Assembly: GCF_009914755.1 (NCBI RefSeq)
Contig: NC_060934.1
Source: the human T2T-CHM13v2.0 reference genome, Homo sapiens
Reading direction: 5' to 3' (one strand)
DNA length: 64,000 nucleotides
The position numbers and the translations under genes were made by a program. How positions within the stretch are numbered: position 1 is the first letter of the stretch; each line of letters starts with the position of its first letter. Positions 1-14,138 of this stretch are shown piece by piece. The notes below the pieces were generated by a model. It saw only the letters and a program-made list of their open reading frames with translations. It was not told the DNA's origin and searched no databases.

Positions 1-135
1 CTTCTACCATATATACATTTTTCTTCTCAGTGTCTGTCCTACCTTTTAGAGCCATCTTTGTCTGGTAAATGACCAATAATATATCATTGGCTTTTAGCTC
101 ACATTTGAATTTTAATCTGCTTTCTTTTCTTGTAG

Positions 136-345
136 GTGTCCTTCAAGTAGTGAAGCAGAGTGTTCAGATCCCAGTTTTTGTGATGATTCGGCCACGGGGA
201 GGTGATTTTTTGTATTCAGATCGTGAAATTGAGGTGATGAAGGCTGACATTCGTCTTGCCAAGCTTTATGGTGCTGATGGTTTGGTTTTTGGGGCATTGA
301 CTGAAGATGGACACATTGACAAAGAGCTGTGTATGTCCCTTATGG
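136..345 (+). CDS. CUTC: CUTC internal exon (likely exon 4, 210 nt): (G)VLQVVKQ...MIRPRGGDFLYS...KELCMSLM
   Basis: Acceptor ttttcttgtag|GT, donor ATGG|gtaaga; contains the CutC MIRPRGGDF motif; phase 1-1. Confidence 0.96.
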
Positions 346-1019
346 GTAAGAATTTGTATCTAAGACGTAAAAGCCTCTAATGATAATTGTATTTATGCTC
401 ACAATATAGAAAAACAACATCACAAAACTGACTTTGCGGTCATAGCTACAGACACTTATACTAACCTAAGTATTTCAAATAGTAGTTATTTAGATGTTTG
501 GGGTGGGGTGTATGTGTGGCAAAGCCTTCTTAACTCTCCTCAATTGCTATAGATTAGGCTCCGCTACTGTTCCCATAGAATAGAAATTTAAGGGAAATTT
601 ACCATGGTTCCTTTAACCACTGCACCAAGAACTTCAAAAGTATTATAGTTGGTGAGGATGGACCACCAAGTTGGAAGATGCAAAGAGGACAGAAGCAAAC
701 TACCTATGTTACTAAACCAAAGTACTTATTGAATGACCTCAGAGGGACAAGTATTAGATGTAATGCTGCCCTTATAGTTGTCAGATTAAATGGTTTTCAT
801 TTGGTGATAAGCCACGACCATTTTTTTGTATAAAAATCAGAGATTTGTGGAAAGATAAGACTTTTGAATTTGTAAGGCTGCCATTTTATTATTATGTCAG
901 TTTACTGTCTTGTTAGGCGAAGAAAGTATTAAAAAGTTTCAGCTAACATGGAGAATTCTATATATAGTAATCAGTGATGACATCTTCATTCATGTTGTTA
1001 TATGACTTTCTTTTTATAG

Positions 1020-1055
1020 CTATTTGCCGCCCTCTGCCAGTCACTTTCCACCGAG
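1020..1055 (+). CDS. CUTC: CUTC exon 5 (36 nt): (A)ICRPLPVTFHR
   Basis: Acceptor tttttatag|CT, donor CGAG|gtgagt; supplies the TFHR half of the conserved TFHRAFD motif. Confidence 0.95.
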
Positions 1056-1738
1056 GTGAGTCATTTTCATTTTAAAAGTTCTATTGAACAGTGTTAGTTT
1101 TCTAATTTCAACAACTGCCACCACCTTTTTATGGAACACAATTCTGTAGTGTTCCAAGGTTACCAATTGGTTTTTTAGATCCTAGGACTAAAAGTTATAA
1201 AAGTAGAGATGTGCAATTTCTAGAAAATTTGAAGCCTTAGTTATGAAAAGTTGTTAAAAGTGGGTGTAGGTGGTGGTGGGATATAAGAGAGCGAGGGAGA
1301 GAGCAAGTATTGCCTTCAAGTGTGTGTACCTATCATAGCATTCCAAGCAAGAATCCTGAGACTCATTTTAACTGAGACTGTATTAGGTCATGTGCAACCC
1401 CAAAAGAATAAATTGTTGTGGCTGGTGAAATGAAAGGTACTGTCTATCTTAAGCCAGGCAAAACCATCCCTGGGGCTAGCAGTGAGGTGGGGTTTCACAG
1501 ATAGAGACTTCTTAAGGGGAGAGAAAGTTGGGTATCTGGAGAAGAATTGGGTCTTATTAGGAAGGGAGAAAGGAGAAACAGATGCAATCTAGTGTTGACT
1601 ATCTAGTCAATGAACAGATGTCCACAATAGTATACAAAATTATTTTTCATTATAGCTTGTCTGCACCACAGTGATTTTTTAATGTGATACTTTCTTGTAA
1701 AGAAATATTTCCTGTAAAAAATCAGGTAGATATAATTT

Positions 1739-2033
1739 TTTTTGTTTGTTTGTTTGAGACGGAGTCTCGCTCTGTCGCCTAGGCTGGAGTGCAGTCGCGC
1801 GATCCGGCTCACTACAACCTCTGCCTCCCGGGTTCAAGCAGTTCTCTGCCTCAGCCTCCCGAGTAGCTGGGATTACAGGCGCCTGCCACCATGCCCAGCT
1901 AATTTTTGGATTTTTAGTAGAAACAGGGTTTCACCATCTTGGCCAGGCTGGTCTTTAACTCCTGACCTCGTGATCCACCCGCCTTGGTCTCCCAAAGTGC
2001 TGGGATTACAGGCGTGAGCCACCACCCCTGGCC
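1739..2033 (-). mobile_element. AluS element
   Basis: Reverse-complement Alu dimer; flanking direct repeat aaaaaatcaggtag(a/t)tataattt. Confidence 0.92.
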
Positions 2034-2559
2034 AAAAAATCAGGTAGTTATAATTTCTATACTCTTTGGCTACACCTTGGTAAAATGGAAGAACAAGTAT
2101 CTATTTTGCCTTCAGAGAGCACTGCCATTGCACATGAAAAGAAGTCTACAGTCAAAAAAAATTTTTTTACTTCAAATTTCTGTTCTGTTCTTTATTCCAA
2201 TAGGTTTAACAAAAATATTTTCATATTTTCAAAATTTGTAGAATTTTTGGGTTCCACATTTTTCTCACTAATGTATTTAATGAGATATCATAATATAGTT
2301 TTAGTGGTGAGAAGGTGCTGCCACCAAAATAGGGAAATCCTCTGTGGTAGATTTAGTTGCTTACATACACTAAAGGGTGAAATGAAGGGGCCTGTCCCAG
2401 AGGACCACTACCACCTAATCCACTGCAGGCTAGAGCTTCAATGTCATGTAGCAGTATGAGAACCAAAGCAGAAGTAGATTTTCTGTTTTCAGTTTCCTGA
2501 TACCACTTTACTCTTTGAGGGCTCTGAGGAGGGGAGAAATCTCTTAGAAAGTAGGATGG

Positions 2560-2853
<294 letters not shown>

Positions 2854-3161
2854 GTAGGTTGGAAGTGAAACTTCATATAGTCTGTTGAAAACAACTATCC
2901 TTATGCTATGAACCTTGAGTATGTGGGGTTAATAGATTAATCCAAAATATTAGTCAGTAATGAGAATGTGAGCCAAGGCTTTTTCTAGAACTGGTGAGTA
3001 CAGTGTTTCATTCTACCTAGTCCAATATTTCTGAAGCCTTAGAACAGTTTCCCAAATTTGACTCACCTGCCTATCACATTTAAAATTTTACCATATATGA
3101 GTGCTACCTGTGCACATTTTTATTTAATCATTTTCTTTAAATAAAATCTTAAGTATGCACC

Positions 3162-3509
3162 CATAAAAAAGAACAAGATCATGTCCTTTGCAGAGGCATG
3201 GATGGAGCTGGAGACCATTATCCTTAGCAAACTAACATAAGAACAGAAAACCAAATACCACATGTTCTCACTCATAAGTGGGAGCTAAATGATGAGAACA
3301 CATAGACACATAGAGGGGAACAACACACACTGGGGCCTTTCCGAGGGTGGAGGGTGGGAGGACAGAGAGGATCAGGAAAAATAACTATGAGTACTAGGCT
3401 TAATACCTTGGTGATGAAATAATCTGCACAACAAACTCCCAAGACACGGGTTTATCTGTATAACAAACCTGCACTTGTACCCCTGAACTTAAAAAAAAGT
3501 TAAAAAAAA
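3162..3509 (+). mobile_element. Old L1P 3'-end fragment
   Basis: ORF2 tail and 3' UTR motifs (catgttctcactcataagtgggag ... aacctgcacttgtacccctgaacttaaaa) with A tail. Confidence 0.85.
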
Positions 3510-3644
3510 GTAAATTTATTTTAAATAGAAACTTTTATAATTACTTTATATTGAAAACTTTTCATTTCTTATCTGCATTTAAGTAAATATACTATTTAAA
3601 TGTGTACCGTTATTAAAATGATTATGCACAGTGGTATGTAGACT

Positions 3645-4165
3645 GTGGTGTGCTGATGAACTGGCTCCTAGAAAAAAGAGCCCTGATTTGTAGCATTTTT
3701 AAATTTCTGTGGTTTAAATACTCTACCTTCACTGAATTTTTTTATTATTATTAATTAAATTTTTATTTTTCTTTTGAGACAAGTCTTGCTCTGTCGTCCA
3801 GGCTAGGGCACAATGGTGCAATTGGCTCACTGCAGTCTCGACCCCTTAGGCTCAGGTGATCCTCCCATCTCAGCCTCTCGAGTAGCTGGGACTATAGGTG
3901 CACACCACCATGCCCAGATAATTTTTGTATTGTAGATATGGGGTCTTGCCACATTGCCCAGGCTGGTCTCAAACTCCTGCGCTCAAGTGATCTCCCCACC
4001 TCGGCCTCCCAAAATGCCAAGATTATAGGCACGAGCCACTGCACCTGGCCCTACCTTCACTAATTTCAGGCTGCCAGTGGATTAACAATCTGACTTGCAG
4101 AATTCTTGAGTGTTTAATAATTGGCCTTTGTAAGCCAGTACAAGCTAGGTCCAGCATGCCACTGC
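3645..4165 (-). mobile_element. MER63-like hAT MITE interrupted by an AluJ (~3738-4049, minus)
   Basis: Terminal inverted repeats tgtggtgtgctg / ccagcatgccactg; Alu flanked by TSD taccttcact. Confidence 0.7.
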
Positions 4166-4239
4166 ATGTATACTACATTTTGGGAAACTCTGCGTTAGAG
4201 ATACCTGTTCAAAATTCACATCAGTTTTATTTATTTCAG

Positions 4240-4373
4240 CCTTTGACATGGTTCATGATCCAATGGCAGCTCTGGAGACCCTCTTAACCTTGGGATTTGA
4301 ACGCGTGTTGACCAGTGGATGTGACAGTTCAGCATTAGAAGGGCTACCCCTAATAAAGCGACTCATTGAGCAG
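4240..4373 (+). CDS. CUTC: CUTC exon 6 (134 nt): (A)FDMVHDPMAALE...RVLTSG...KRLIEQ
   Basis: Acceptor ttatttcag|CC, donor CAG|gtacgt; in frame with neighbouring exons; RVLTSG motif. Confidence 0.96.
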
Positions 4374-4654
4374 GTACGTGGACTTTATCTTTTTTTCCCC
4401 TAAGACTCTGTTGTGGTTACTCCTGACATTCTGCTGTTTAGCCAGTTTGTGAGACTATATATTACTGACTTTGTGGTTACTCTGTAGGAAAAGCAAGCAG
4501 GCAATAATGTATATAATTCTTATTTCTTTCACACAAGCCTTTTTAATAACCAAGGCTTTCAAGATCAAATTACATATAGATAGTGCCTAAAGATCTGATC
4601 TAACTTGGATAAGCACAGCAAATTTTACCTTTTCTCTGCCATGGGCATTGCAGT

Positions 4655-4803
4655 TTTTTTTACTTTTTATTTTTATTTTTTAGTTTAGATATAAGGTCTT
4701 GCTGTGTTGCCCAGGCTGGTCTCGAACTCTTGGGCTCAAGCCATCTGCCTTCCTTGCCCTCCCAGAGTGCTGGGATTACAGGCATGAGGCACTGCGCCCA
4801 GCC
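4655..4803 (-). mobile_element. FLAM/Alu monomer
   Basis: Single left-arm-like monomer; TSD gcattgcagtttt. Confidence 0.85.
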
Positions 4804-5069
4804 AGCATTGCAGTTTTAAGCCACATCTTTTCATTGTCAGCCCATGTATATTCAGGGGATCCCATATAAAATTATCATCTGGAGGTAAATTCCAAAACTA
4901 AAATTATAATCTTATTTCTTCTCATCTGTCAATATAAGAGGAAATATATTTTTCTATTTTGAGTTTTCCTGGTGAGCTAGCATCATTTGTAGAGCACTCA
5001 GAAGGTGACTTTGTAATTAATAGTATGTGTATTTTTCTGATGTCAGTCCAGAGGCATTATAAGTTAGTG

Positions 5070-6380
5070 AGTACAGACTTTGAGATGAGAGAGTTGAGCG
5101 TTTGAGACTCGGGTTTGATACTTGCTATGTGATGTTGAGCAGGTTAATAGTCTTTAAGCCTCTCTTTCCCCCTGTGTGAAACTGAGATGAGTTTAATACT
5201 TATTTTAGAGTTTCTCAGAAGATTGCTAAAGATGGGATGTGTTAGAGGCTTAGCACAGTGGTTGGCATATACTAGGTCTTAATAATGTTAGGTTCTGTTA
5301 TTACTGCTATTATTAATAATACTAATGTTCCTGTGTAGACATCTGCTTATTTTCACTTTTCTATAGCCATGAAAATAATTTTCAGAAATTTCTCCTAAAG
5401 ATCTGATGTGACTTTGCTATTCTGGGATGTAATGGTTTCACAGACATTTATTAAATATATATTAGATGCAGGACATTTGTACTGTGGGGGTAACCAAGGG
5501 CTAAGTGTCTGTGTGTAGTCACTATCCTTACAATTTAGTGCAGAACAGGCACTTCTAATAGAGCAGGCAATTTTAATAGAGCTCTATTTTTAAAAGGTAC
5601 TATAGGAGTACATTGGAGAGGAATTAACCCCAAATTTGGGGAAATGAAGGTTGGCAATAATTAGAGGAAGCTTCCCAGAAGAAAAGACATCCAGACTGCA
5701 GTGTTTTACTCATTTGAAGGATGTTTGGGAGTTATCTGTGTAAAAGTTGGGGGCAGTGGGAGTGAGGGTGAAGGGGATGTTGGTGGAATTGTTCCATACA
5801 AAACAAATAGTATAAGCAAGGGCTATAAACAAAAGCAAGCATAACTTAAAACACTGAGGAATGGCCAGAATATTGAATGTGGACAGAATGATATCCAGAG
5901 CCTTGAAAACCTTATTAAAGTATTTATTTTCATGGTGCAGCGGGGAGGCCTAAAGTGTTTTAAAATAGAAGAGTTGATGAGTCAGGTTTCCAGTTTTAAA
6001 AGGTTACTCAGTAAGGAGTAGCAAATAAGATATAACCGCCATAGTAATGTATTGCATTTCAAAATGTGTATGTGTGTGTGTATGTCTGTTATTTGTATGT
6101 TAATCTATTGGTTAGTAGGAAGAGCTACTCAAATATTCTCATACATTAACTTCACTGAAGTAACTACCTAGTAGTGTAACATACTAGTTAAAGCATAGGC
6201 TTTGTGATTGGACAGGTCTGTGTTTAAACCCTGGCTTTGACCCTTACTAATAGTGACCATGGATACATTACCTAGCCATCCTAAACCTCAGCTTTGCTCT
6301 TCTGCAAAGTTAGGATAATAATAGCACGTACCTCCTAGAATAGTTGTGAGGGATTTCTTCAGGTTATAGCACTTAGTAAT
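5070..6380. mobile_element. Cluster of ancient MIR (~5070-5320, ~6170-6380) and L2 (~5440-6010) fragments
   Basis: Degenerate MIR core (cctcagctttgctcttctgcaaagttaggataataatagcac; cttagcacagtggttggcatat) and L2-like purine-rich stretch. Confidence 0.55.
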
Positions 6381-7349
6381 TGTTCTATATTATTAAATCT
6401 GACATTTAGTGACTGCTCTATATTATTAAATCACTTTGATAGCCTTAGATAAGCATATACTTCTAAATAATCTTGTATGGAAGGCGAAAAGAAATGGTAG
6501 AATTCATTTCTTTAAAAATATTATTTCTCTATGTTTTGGAAAGCCTTGATTTGGAAGAAACAGGCAAATATGACTTTTTTCCATTCTGAAGTGATTTCAG
6601 CTTTTTAGATAGTCAATGTTTTGTTTTATGGATGCTTTGTTCAGGCCATTTGAGAATATGAAGCATCCTTGTTCCATTTATTTCCCTAACAATTTTTAAA
6701 TTATTTGAAATAGCCACTCCCCTCTTTCACTCTCTTGTTAACTTTATTTTTTGCTTTATTTATTCACTTGCTTTATTTTTTCTTTGTTATACTTATTGCT
6801 ACCTGGAATTTTATTGTATAAATATCCCTGTGCATTGTCTCGTCTTTCTTGAATGTGTAAGCTCCATGAGAGCAGGAACTTTCTCTTACTCACCATGTCA
6901 GGGAGGAAAAACTTTTCTTCTATCCTCAGGGTTTGTTATTGGGGGCCTGCAAATTAAACTGACTAAAGACAGATTAGCAGGAGTAAAAAGAGATTTTATC
7001 ACATAAGTACATATATATGTAAGTACATACAGAAGTTCACAAAGAAATATGACTTAGAATTGGGGGCTTATATACCATCTTAATAGGTGAAGGGGAAGGA
7101 GAAAATGGCACTTATTGGGGGGGAAAATGACTTTTTGGAAAGATAATTTTCTAGAGACAAATTTACTATGCTGGACATCTTACTTGTCCAAGATCCCAAA
7201 GAAATAGAGAAGATCTAGTAAAAATTAAACATTAATAGTAATTTTTAAAATTTAATATATTCTGACTTATGTTTCTATTCTCACTGCCTTATTATCCCAT
7301 TCAAGAGAAAGATATTAAAATTCACTTGTTTTTTTTTTTCTTTTTTCAG

Positions 7350-7377
7350 GCAAAAGGCAGGATTGTGGTAATGCCAG
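7350..7377 (+). CDS. CUTC: CUTC exon 7 (28 nt): AKGRIVVMP(G)
   Basis: Long T tract then cag|GCA, donor CAG|gtattt; bridges frame between exons 6 and 8. Confidence 0.93.
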
Positions 7378-8332
7378 GTATTTATTTATCTATCAATTCA
7401 CTAGCATAACACTGAACTATAGTGGAGGAAGAGCAAAGGAGGCAGGAAAATGTGAGAGAGAGTATTAGTACATTACATATTAGTACATGATCTTTAAAGA
7501 GAAGAATATATAGTTTGATTAAAATGTTTAAAACTGGGAGATCTGTGCTAGAATTTAAAAGTTTAGATAAGAAGGAAAATATTGTAATAGGCATTAGCTC
7601 AAAGAGGAGCAAATAAGGAAGCAGATAGAGATTGAGGTTTCTCCATATTTGCTCTCCCATTATATAGAACTTTATGAATTCAGATGTTCATCTCTGGTGA
7701 GGCACATCAAATTTGATGCTAATCATATTTTGTTTAGGACAAATGTCCTAATAAACAGGGTTTAAGCAAAGGTTTAGGCAACATCCTTGGGTAAAATATA
7801 ATACTGTCTCAGTTCCTGAAAATCTCTGATTGCCAAATTATTTCTTGTAACCAGAATTTAATCATATGATCCTGATGATAACCATAAGATCAGTTAAGTT
7901 CATAATGGCTAACTAGAAATGAACAGTTGGAGCAGTTTTTAAAGAATTAGATAATACAACATAGAAGAGTGAGACAAATGTAAAGACAATCTTAATTTTT
8001 TTAATTAAGTTTCTCAAACATATAAAAAAGTAGAAAATAGCATAATGAATACTCATATGCTCATTCCCTAGATTTAACATTTTGCCAAATTTGTCTCATC
8101 TTTTTTCTATCCTGAGGTATTTTATTAAAGTTAAATTGAAAGCATCATGGCATTTTATCTTTATTTATCTCTAAAAAGGGTGGGATGTTACCATAATGAC
8201 AATTCCATTATCACATCTATCACAATAAACATTTAATACTCACTTTCTCCAATTGTCCCCACAATGGTTTTTATAGCTGATATGTTCAAACTAGGATCCA
8301 GTCAAGGAACAAGCATTACATTTTTGGTTATC

Positions 8333-8470
8333 TTTTGTTTGTTTGTTTGTTTTTAGAGATGAGGTCTTGCTATATTGGCCAGGCTGGACTTGAACTCTTA
8401 GCCTCAAGCGATCCTCCTGCCTCAGCCACCCAAGTAGCTGGGACTACAGTTGCACGCTGCCATGCCCAGT
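8333..8470 (-). mobile_element. FLAM/Alu monomer
   Basis: Reverse-complement Alu monomer with (TTTG)n tail. Confidence 0.8.
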
Positions 8471-8516
8471 TCTATTATCTTTTAAAATATCTTTAATATA
8501 GATGTTTTTCCTTTTA

Positions 8517-8909
<393 letters not shown>

Positions 8910-9165
8910 TCATGATATTGTTTAGCTTGTTCCTCGTGCCTCTGTATATCCTATAAACTAATAGTTAAATCATAAGGTTTGAATAGACTCTGCTTAAATA
9001 TTTTTGGTCAGAATACTTCATGGGTGATTCTGCATACTTACATCATATGACATCACATCAGAAGGTATTCAGTCTCTGGTCATCTCACTACTAGTGATGT
9101 CAAGACTGACCAGCGTTCAAAATAGTGACACCTAGATAAAGAGTAACTTTTAAAAAGAGGCCGTG

Positions 9166-9378
9166 AACCTGGGCAATATAGTAAGACACCATCTTTACCA
9201 AAACGTAAAAAAATTAGTTGGGCATGGTGGCGTGCTCCTGACGTCCCAGCTACTCTAGAGGCTGAGGTGGGAGGATTTCTTGAGCCCGAGGTCAAGGCTG
9301 CAGTGAGCTATGATCGCACCACTGCACTGCAGCCTGGGCAACAGAGTGAGACCCTGTGTCAAAAGAAAAAAAAAAAAA
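9166..9378 (+). mobile_element. 5'-truncated AluJ
   Basis: AluJ diagnostics (gaggtcaaggctgcagtgagctatgatc) and A tail. Confidence 0.85.
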
Positions 9379-10393
9379 GGCCATATAAGGGGTATTGTCA
9401 GATATTTAGGAAGGCTTTGACCTATAACAAGCCCTTGAAACATAAGCAGAGAGAAAGTATATATTATCTGTCAAATTGTGGTCCTTTTTGGTTAATCAAG
9501 GAATGTTAAAGAGACTCTGAGTGTGATGCTTTTCCATTTAGCACTAAATATATATAGTTTTGACAAGTAATACTTAGACAATTGTTGACATTAAGAGTAC
9601 CTTTGTTTAATATGCAATTGTTATCAGCTGTGTGCAAGGCATTACTTGGGATGCAAAGCTACACAAGAAACTACGTTCTCAAGAAGCTGACTCAGGTCAA
9701 AAGATGTTACATACAAAAATATTTGTGATTAATTTCTTTAACAAACCTTATCAGGTAAATGTTAATTGTGTGACAATTATGTATATTTTATGCTAATTGT
9801 GTGATAGATATGAAAACAGAAATAAAGTAATCCTACTTGAGGAGCTCACAGAATAGACTTATAAACACAAATGTATTACAATTTCATATGAATAAGTACC
9901 AGCAAGTAAAAACTCCTAGGTAAGTCATTCTGAATGCCTAATAAGTATTCATCATTGAGAAATATAAAGAGGTAGTTGCCCTCTAGGAACTTTCATAATG
10001 AAACCTACAACATATTTAGGCTCTGGTTTCTTCATCTATAAAGAGAAGAATATTAAACTAGTTCTGTGGGATCCTTTTTAACCATAGAGCTGTGTTAGTC
10101 TGAGTCTGGAAAGATGTATTACCTATGTACTTAAGTTGCTGATAACTTAGCAACATGTGTTTCAGTGGCCAGATGTTTTGTTATTTGTTAGAAGGAATAG
10201 AAGGAAATAATATATTTGTCTCTTAATCCTTACAATAAGCTTGTGAGGTAGCCAGTATTATCCCTCTTTTATTGGCAAAAAAGTTGAGGTCAGTGGATTT
10301 AAATAATTTATCTAAGATCACATAGCTGTGAAGAGCTACAGTGATAAAGCCAGGATTTCAGTCTAAATCTACTCAGCCTGTATTTTTTCTATT

Positions 10394-10797
<404 letters not shown>

Positions 10798-11509
10798 TAA
10801 TGGCTTGAAATACAAAGTACATAGTTTTAAAATATTGAGTACATCCTATAGGGAGATAAGGATATAAAGATGAATAAACTAATTTCATATTTATGATACA
10901 CTAGTATCAGTTCAGAATATGATTCTTTATATATAAATATTTAAAAGATTGTTCATCAAAACAAATGTCATAAAATATTTGGTGGTACAGTTTTAATAAA
11001 GTAGAATCAGATTCTTCTGTGAAATGAAGTATAAAGCTGATATCGTAACTAATAACCTGTATAATACCTTGCATTATTCCTGTTTCCAATGAAGTCAGTG
11101 TAGTCTTTACATCTGGGGCTAGAGACAGAACAGAGGTTCTCTTTCAGACACATCTCTGAGGTTGTGCTTTTGTAGATTTTTTTCCTCAAACCTATCCTTA
11201 CCTTTCTTTTTAATTTGATTTTGCTTTAATTGAGGGACAAGCAGGGATAGCATTGTTATATTAGCCAATGGACAGATAAGATTCTATCATACATGTTCTA
11301 TAAACTTAATGGTACTTCCCCAGAGTCTGTAGCCTATATATCTTTTATCACTTCTCTAATCTCATTCTAGCTGGGTAGGGAGAGACTAATTTTTGAATCA
11401 ATGAGAAATTCAGTTTGGGGATTCCAAGTAAAGTAAGCAGTCGTTACTATTCCTTAAATTTTATGCAAAATTCTATTTTACTTAATGTGTTACTTATTCT
11501 TTGCAACAG

Positions 11510-11615
11510 GAGGTGGTATAACAGACAGAAATCTACAAAGGATCCTTGAGGGTTCAGGTGCTACAGAATTCCACTGTTCTGCTCGGTCTACTAGAGACTC
11601 GGGAATGAAGTTTCG
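11510..11615 (+). CDS. CUTC: CUTC exon 8 (106 nt): (G)GGITDRNLQRILEGSGATEFHCSARSTRDSGMKF(R)
   Basis: Acceptor gcaacag|GA, donor TTTCG|gtaaaa; GGGI and EFHCSA motifs. Confidence 0.95.
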
Positions 11616-12188
11616 GTAAAAATGTATTCTTCGATTCAAATAAGAAGGATGAGATTAATTTTTACTTTCTCCCAAATAGAAAAACTTTGGATGGGGGCAT
11701 GATTAATCAATGGAATATTGTGACTACTACATAAGTATTGTAGTTGTTTTTGTAGTTGAAAAACATTTCTAAAATGGTTCTTGTCCTGTCTTAAATAAAC
11801 AGGCTCTTTGAACATAGGTGAACCTTGCCTTGTAAAGGCATTGCTGAACTTAGACCAGTTAATAGTAAACAAATTCTGCAGTTGAGCTTCAAATGAGTCA
11901 GATATGCACATGTGCCCATTCGCCTATGATTTCCTGTAGCAAAGTTAATAACTATGGTGTAAGGATGGAAGAGTCATAGTCATTTTTCTCCCTCCTACCT
12001 TTAGTACTTAGTCTTCCCTCACATTTGTTCTCTGTTTTCAGTTATTTTGAAATTATATTACCATTAAGAAATTGTGAGTATTATATGGGGTTTTTTAAAT
12101 ACTTAAGAAGACTCTTACAATTTAATAGTAGTTGAATATTTCTGTTTATAAATTGGGAAAAACACAATGTAAAAGAAGCAAGATGGCT

Positions 12189-12379
12189 GGCTGGGTGAGG
12201 TGGCTCACACCTGTAATCCCAGCGCTTTGGGAGGCCAAGGCAGGTGGATCACTTGAGGTCAGGAGTTCGAGACCAGTCTGGCCAACATGGTGACACCCCA
12301 TCTCTACTAAAAGTACAAAAAAATTAGCTGGGCGTGGTGATACATGCCTGTAATTTAAAAAGGAAAAAAAAAAAAAAAA
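12189..12379 (+). mobile_element. AluS lacking most of the right arm
   Basis: Left arm, linker and ~28 nt of right arm, then A tail; TSD gaagcaaga. Confidence 0.85.
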
Positions 12380-12607
12380 GGAAGCAAGAGCCTTAGAACT
12401 TACAATTCCAGATATAAAATCAAGTATACTGTCCAGTGGATTCAGCTGCTGGATGTTTCAAGTAATTAATTGATGAAAATTATGGAATATACTAGTCCAG
12501 CATACTTGACCTACCCTTGTATCATGAAATAGTCTATAAAATGAAGCGGCAGTAGGAGGGCCCATTTAATAACATAATTATCTGTTCCTTTATTATTTCT
12601 GTTACAG

Positions 12608-12722
12608 AAATTCATCTGTTGCCATGGGAGCCTCACTTTCTTGCTCAGAATATTCCCTAAAGGTAACAGATGTGACCAAAGTAAGGACTTTGAATGCTAT
12701 CGCAAAGAACATCCTGGTGTAG
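12608..12722 (+). CDS. CUTC: CUTC last exon, coding part: (R)NSSVAMGASLSCSEYSLKVTDVTKVRTLNAIAKNILV*
   Basis: Acceptor ctgttacag|A; in-frame TAG at 12720-12722. Confidence 0.95.
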
Positions 12723-13095
12723 CCAGACCTCTCTGAGAGACATGGATATCACAGGATGAAGGTAGAACTATAATCTGCAATTCTCTATGACACAGCTTTA
12801 ACCTTCTTCTCTGGCCAGGACAGTCGCAATCTTTGTTTTAAGTTTCACATGGCCATGGAGAATGTGCCCAAGAAGAAAAAGAATTTGAAACAGAGATACA
12901 GTCACTTCCTTTGCTTAGTCTTACCAGTGATTGTCATCATGGTTAAAGCTGGTCTGTGCTTCTTCCATAGACAGAAGCTTAGTCTGTTTTCAGTGGAATT
13001 AATTGATGAACTGGGAAAATTTTAACTGCATGGTATGAATTCAGAGTGTGACTTAAGGGTCAATTCAAAGCAGTATTTTGACTTTTCATTTGTAA

Positions 13096-13101
13096 AATAA
13101 A
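13096..13101 (+). terminator. CUTC: CUTC polyadenylation signal AATAAA
   Basis: AATAAA ~375 nt after the stop codon, preceded by TGTA and followed by T-rich sequence. Confidence 0.8.
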
Positions 13102-13733
13102 AATTTCCACTATTACAGTATAGTCTCTTATTCTTGCACTAAATACAGCCTGTAGCCTACAAGTATGAAAGGAAAAGTGTTGTCTTATTTGGTTCCACAC
13201 TTTCTCTTTTTATTATGTGCTGATTGGATATGCTGCTTTGGGCAAGATGCTAAGGGTACAGAGTAAAATGGTGCAGTGTGAAAATTCCCAGACTTGGAAA
13301 CAGAATATCAAAGTTCCTAGACTTACGAAGACAGATGTGAACTCTGGCATTCAACAGGTTACTTATCCTGCAAGTGGAAAGAAATGGCTTAACTCTAAGA
13401 TCCATCTGACAATTTTCAAAGACCTATAGTAAAAACTAGAGGGGGGTTAGGAAAGTTATCAAAGCAGCAGTTTCTTTCTACTGAAGTCACAGATGGGAAA
13501 GATGGATTCTAGTAATGAAATATTTTTCCTATGACCAGGTCCCAATGGTAAAGTTCATCACTACCTGTGTCTGTCACTTTCATATTTATAATCTCATTTT
13601 ACACAAACAACACACTGATAATAGAACTGTTGTTCCTATCTTAGGAGAGTAACTGAAGCATAAAGAGCTTCCCCTTGGCCAGGAAGCCTCTGAATAACAT
13701 GCACAGATTGTGTACTAATGAATGTTTATATGA

Positions 13734-14049
<316 letters not shown>

Positions 14050-14050
14050 T

Positions 14051-14138
14051 AGATTTTAGGGACTTTGATCTTTCAGGATTTCAACATTCAGGATTATAGC
14101 ATTCAGGATTGTGTCTTTGGGGATTATGATCCAAACCC
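14051..14138. mobile_element. Ricksha (MULE/MuDR) terminal fragment
   Basis: Ends in ggggattatgatccaaaccc, the reverse complement of the recalled Ricksha terminus GGGTTTGGATCATAATCCC, with repeated caggatt subunits. Confidence 0.7.

Noticed and set aside
6381-6432. 19-bp direct repeat; similar short duplications at ~18767-18836 and 25461-25494
   Set aside because: Two-copy local slippage in or beside old repeats; not an array.
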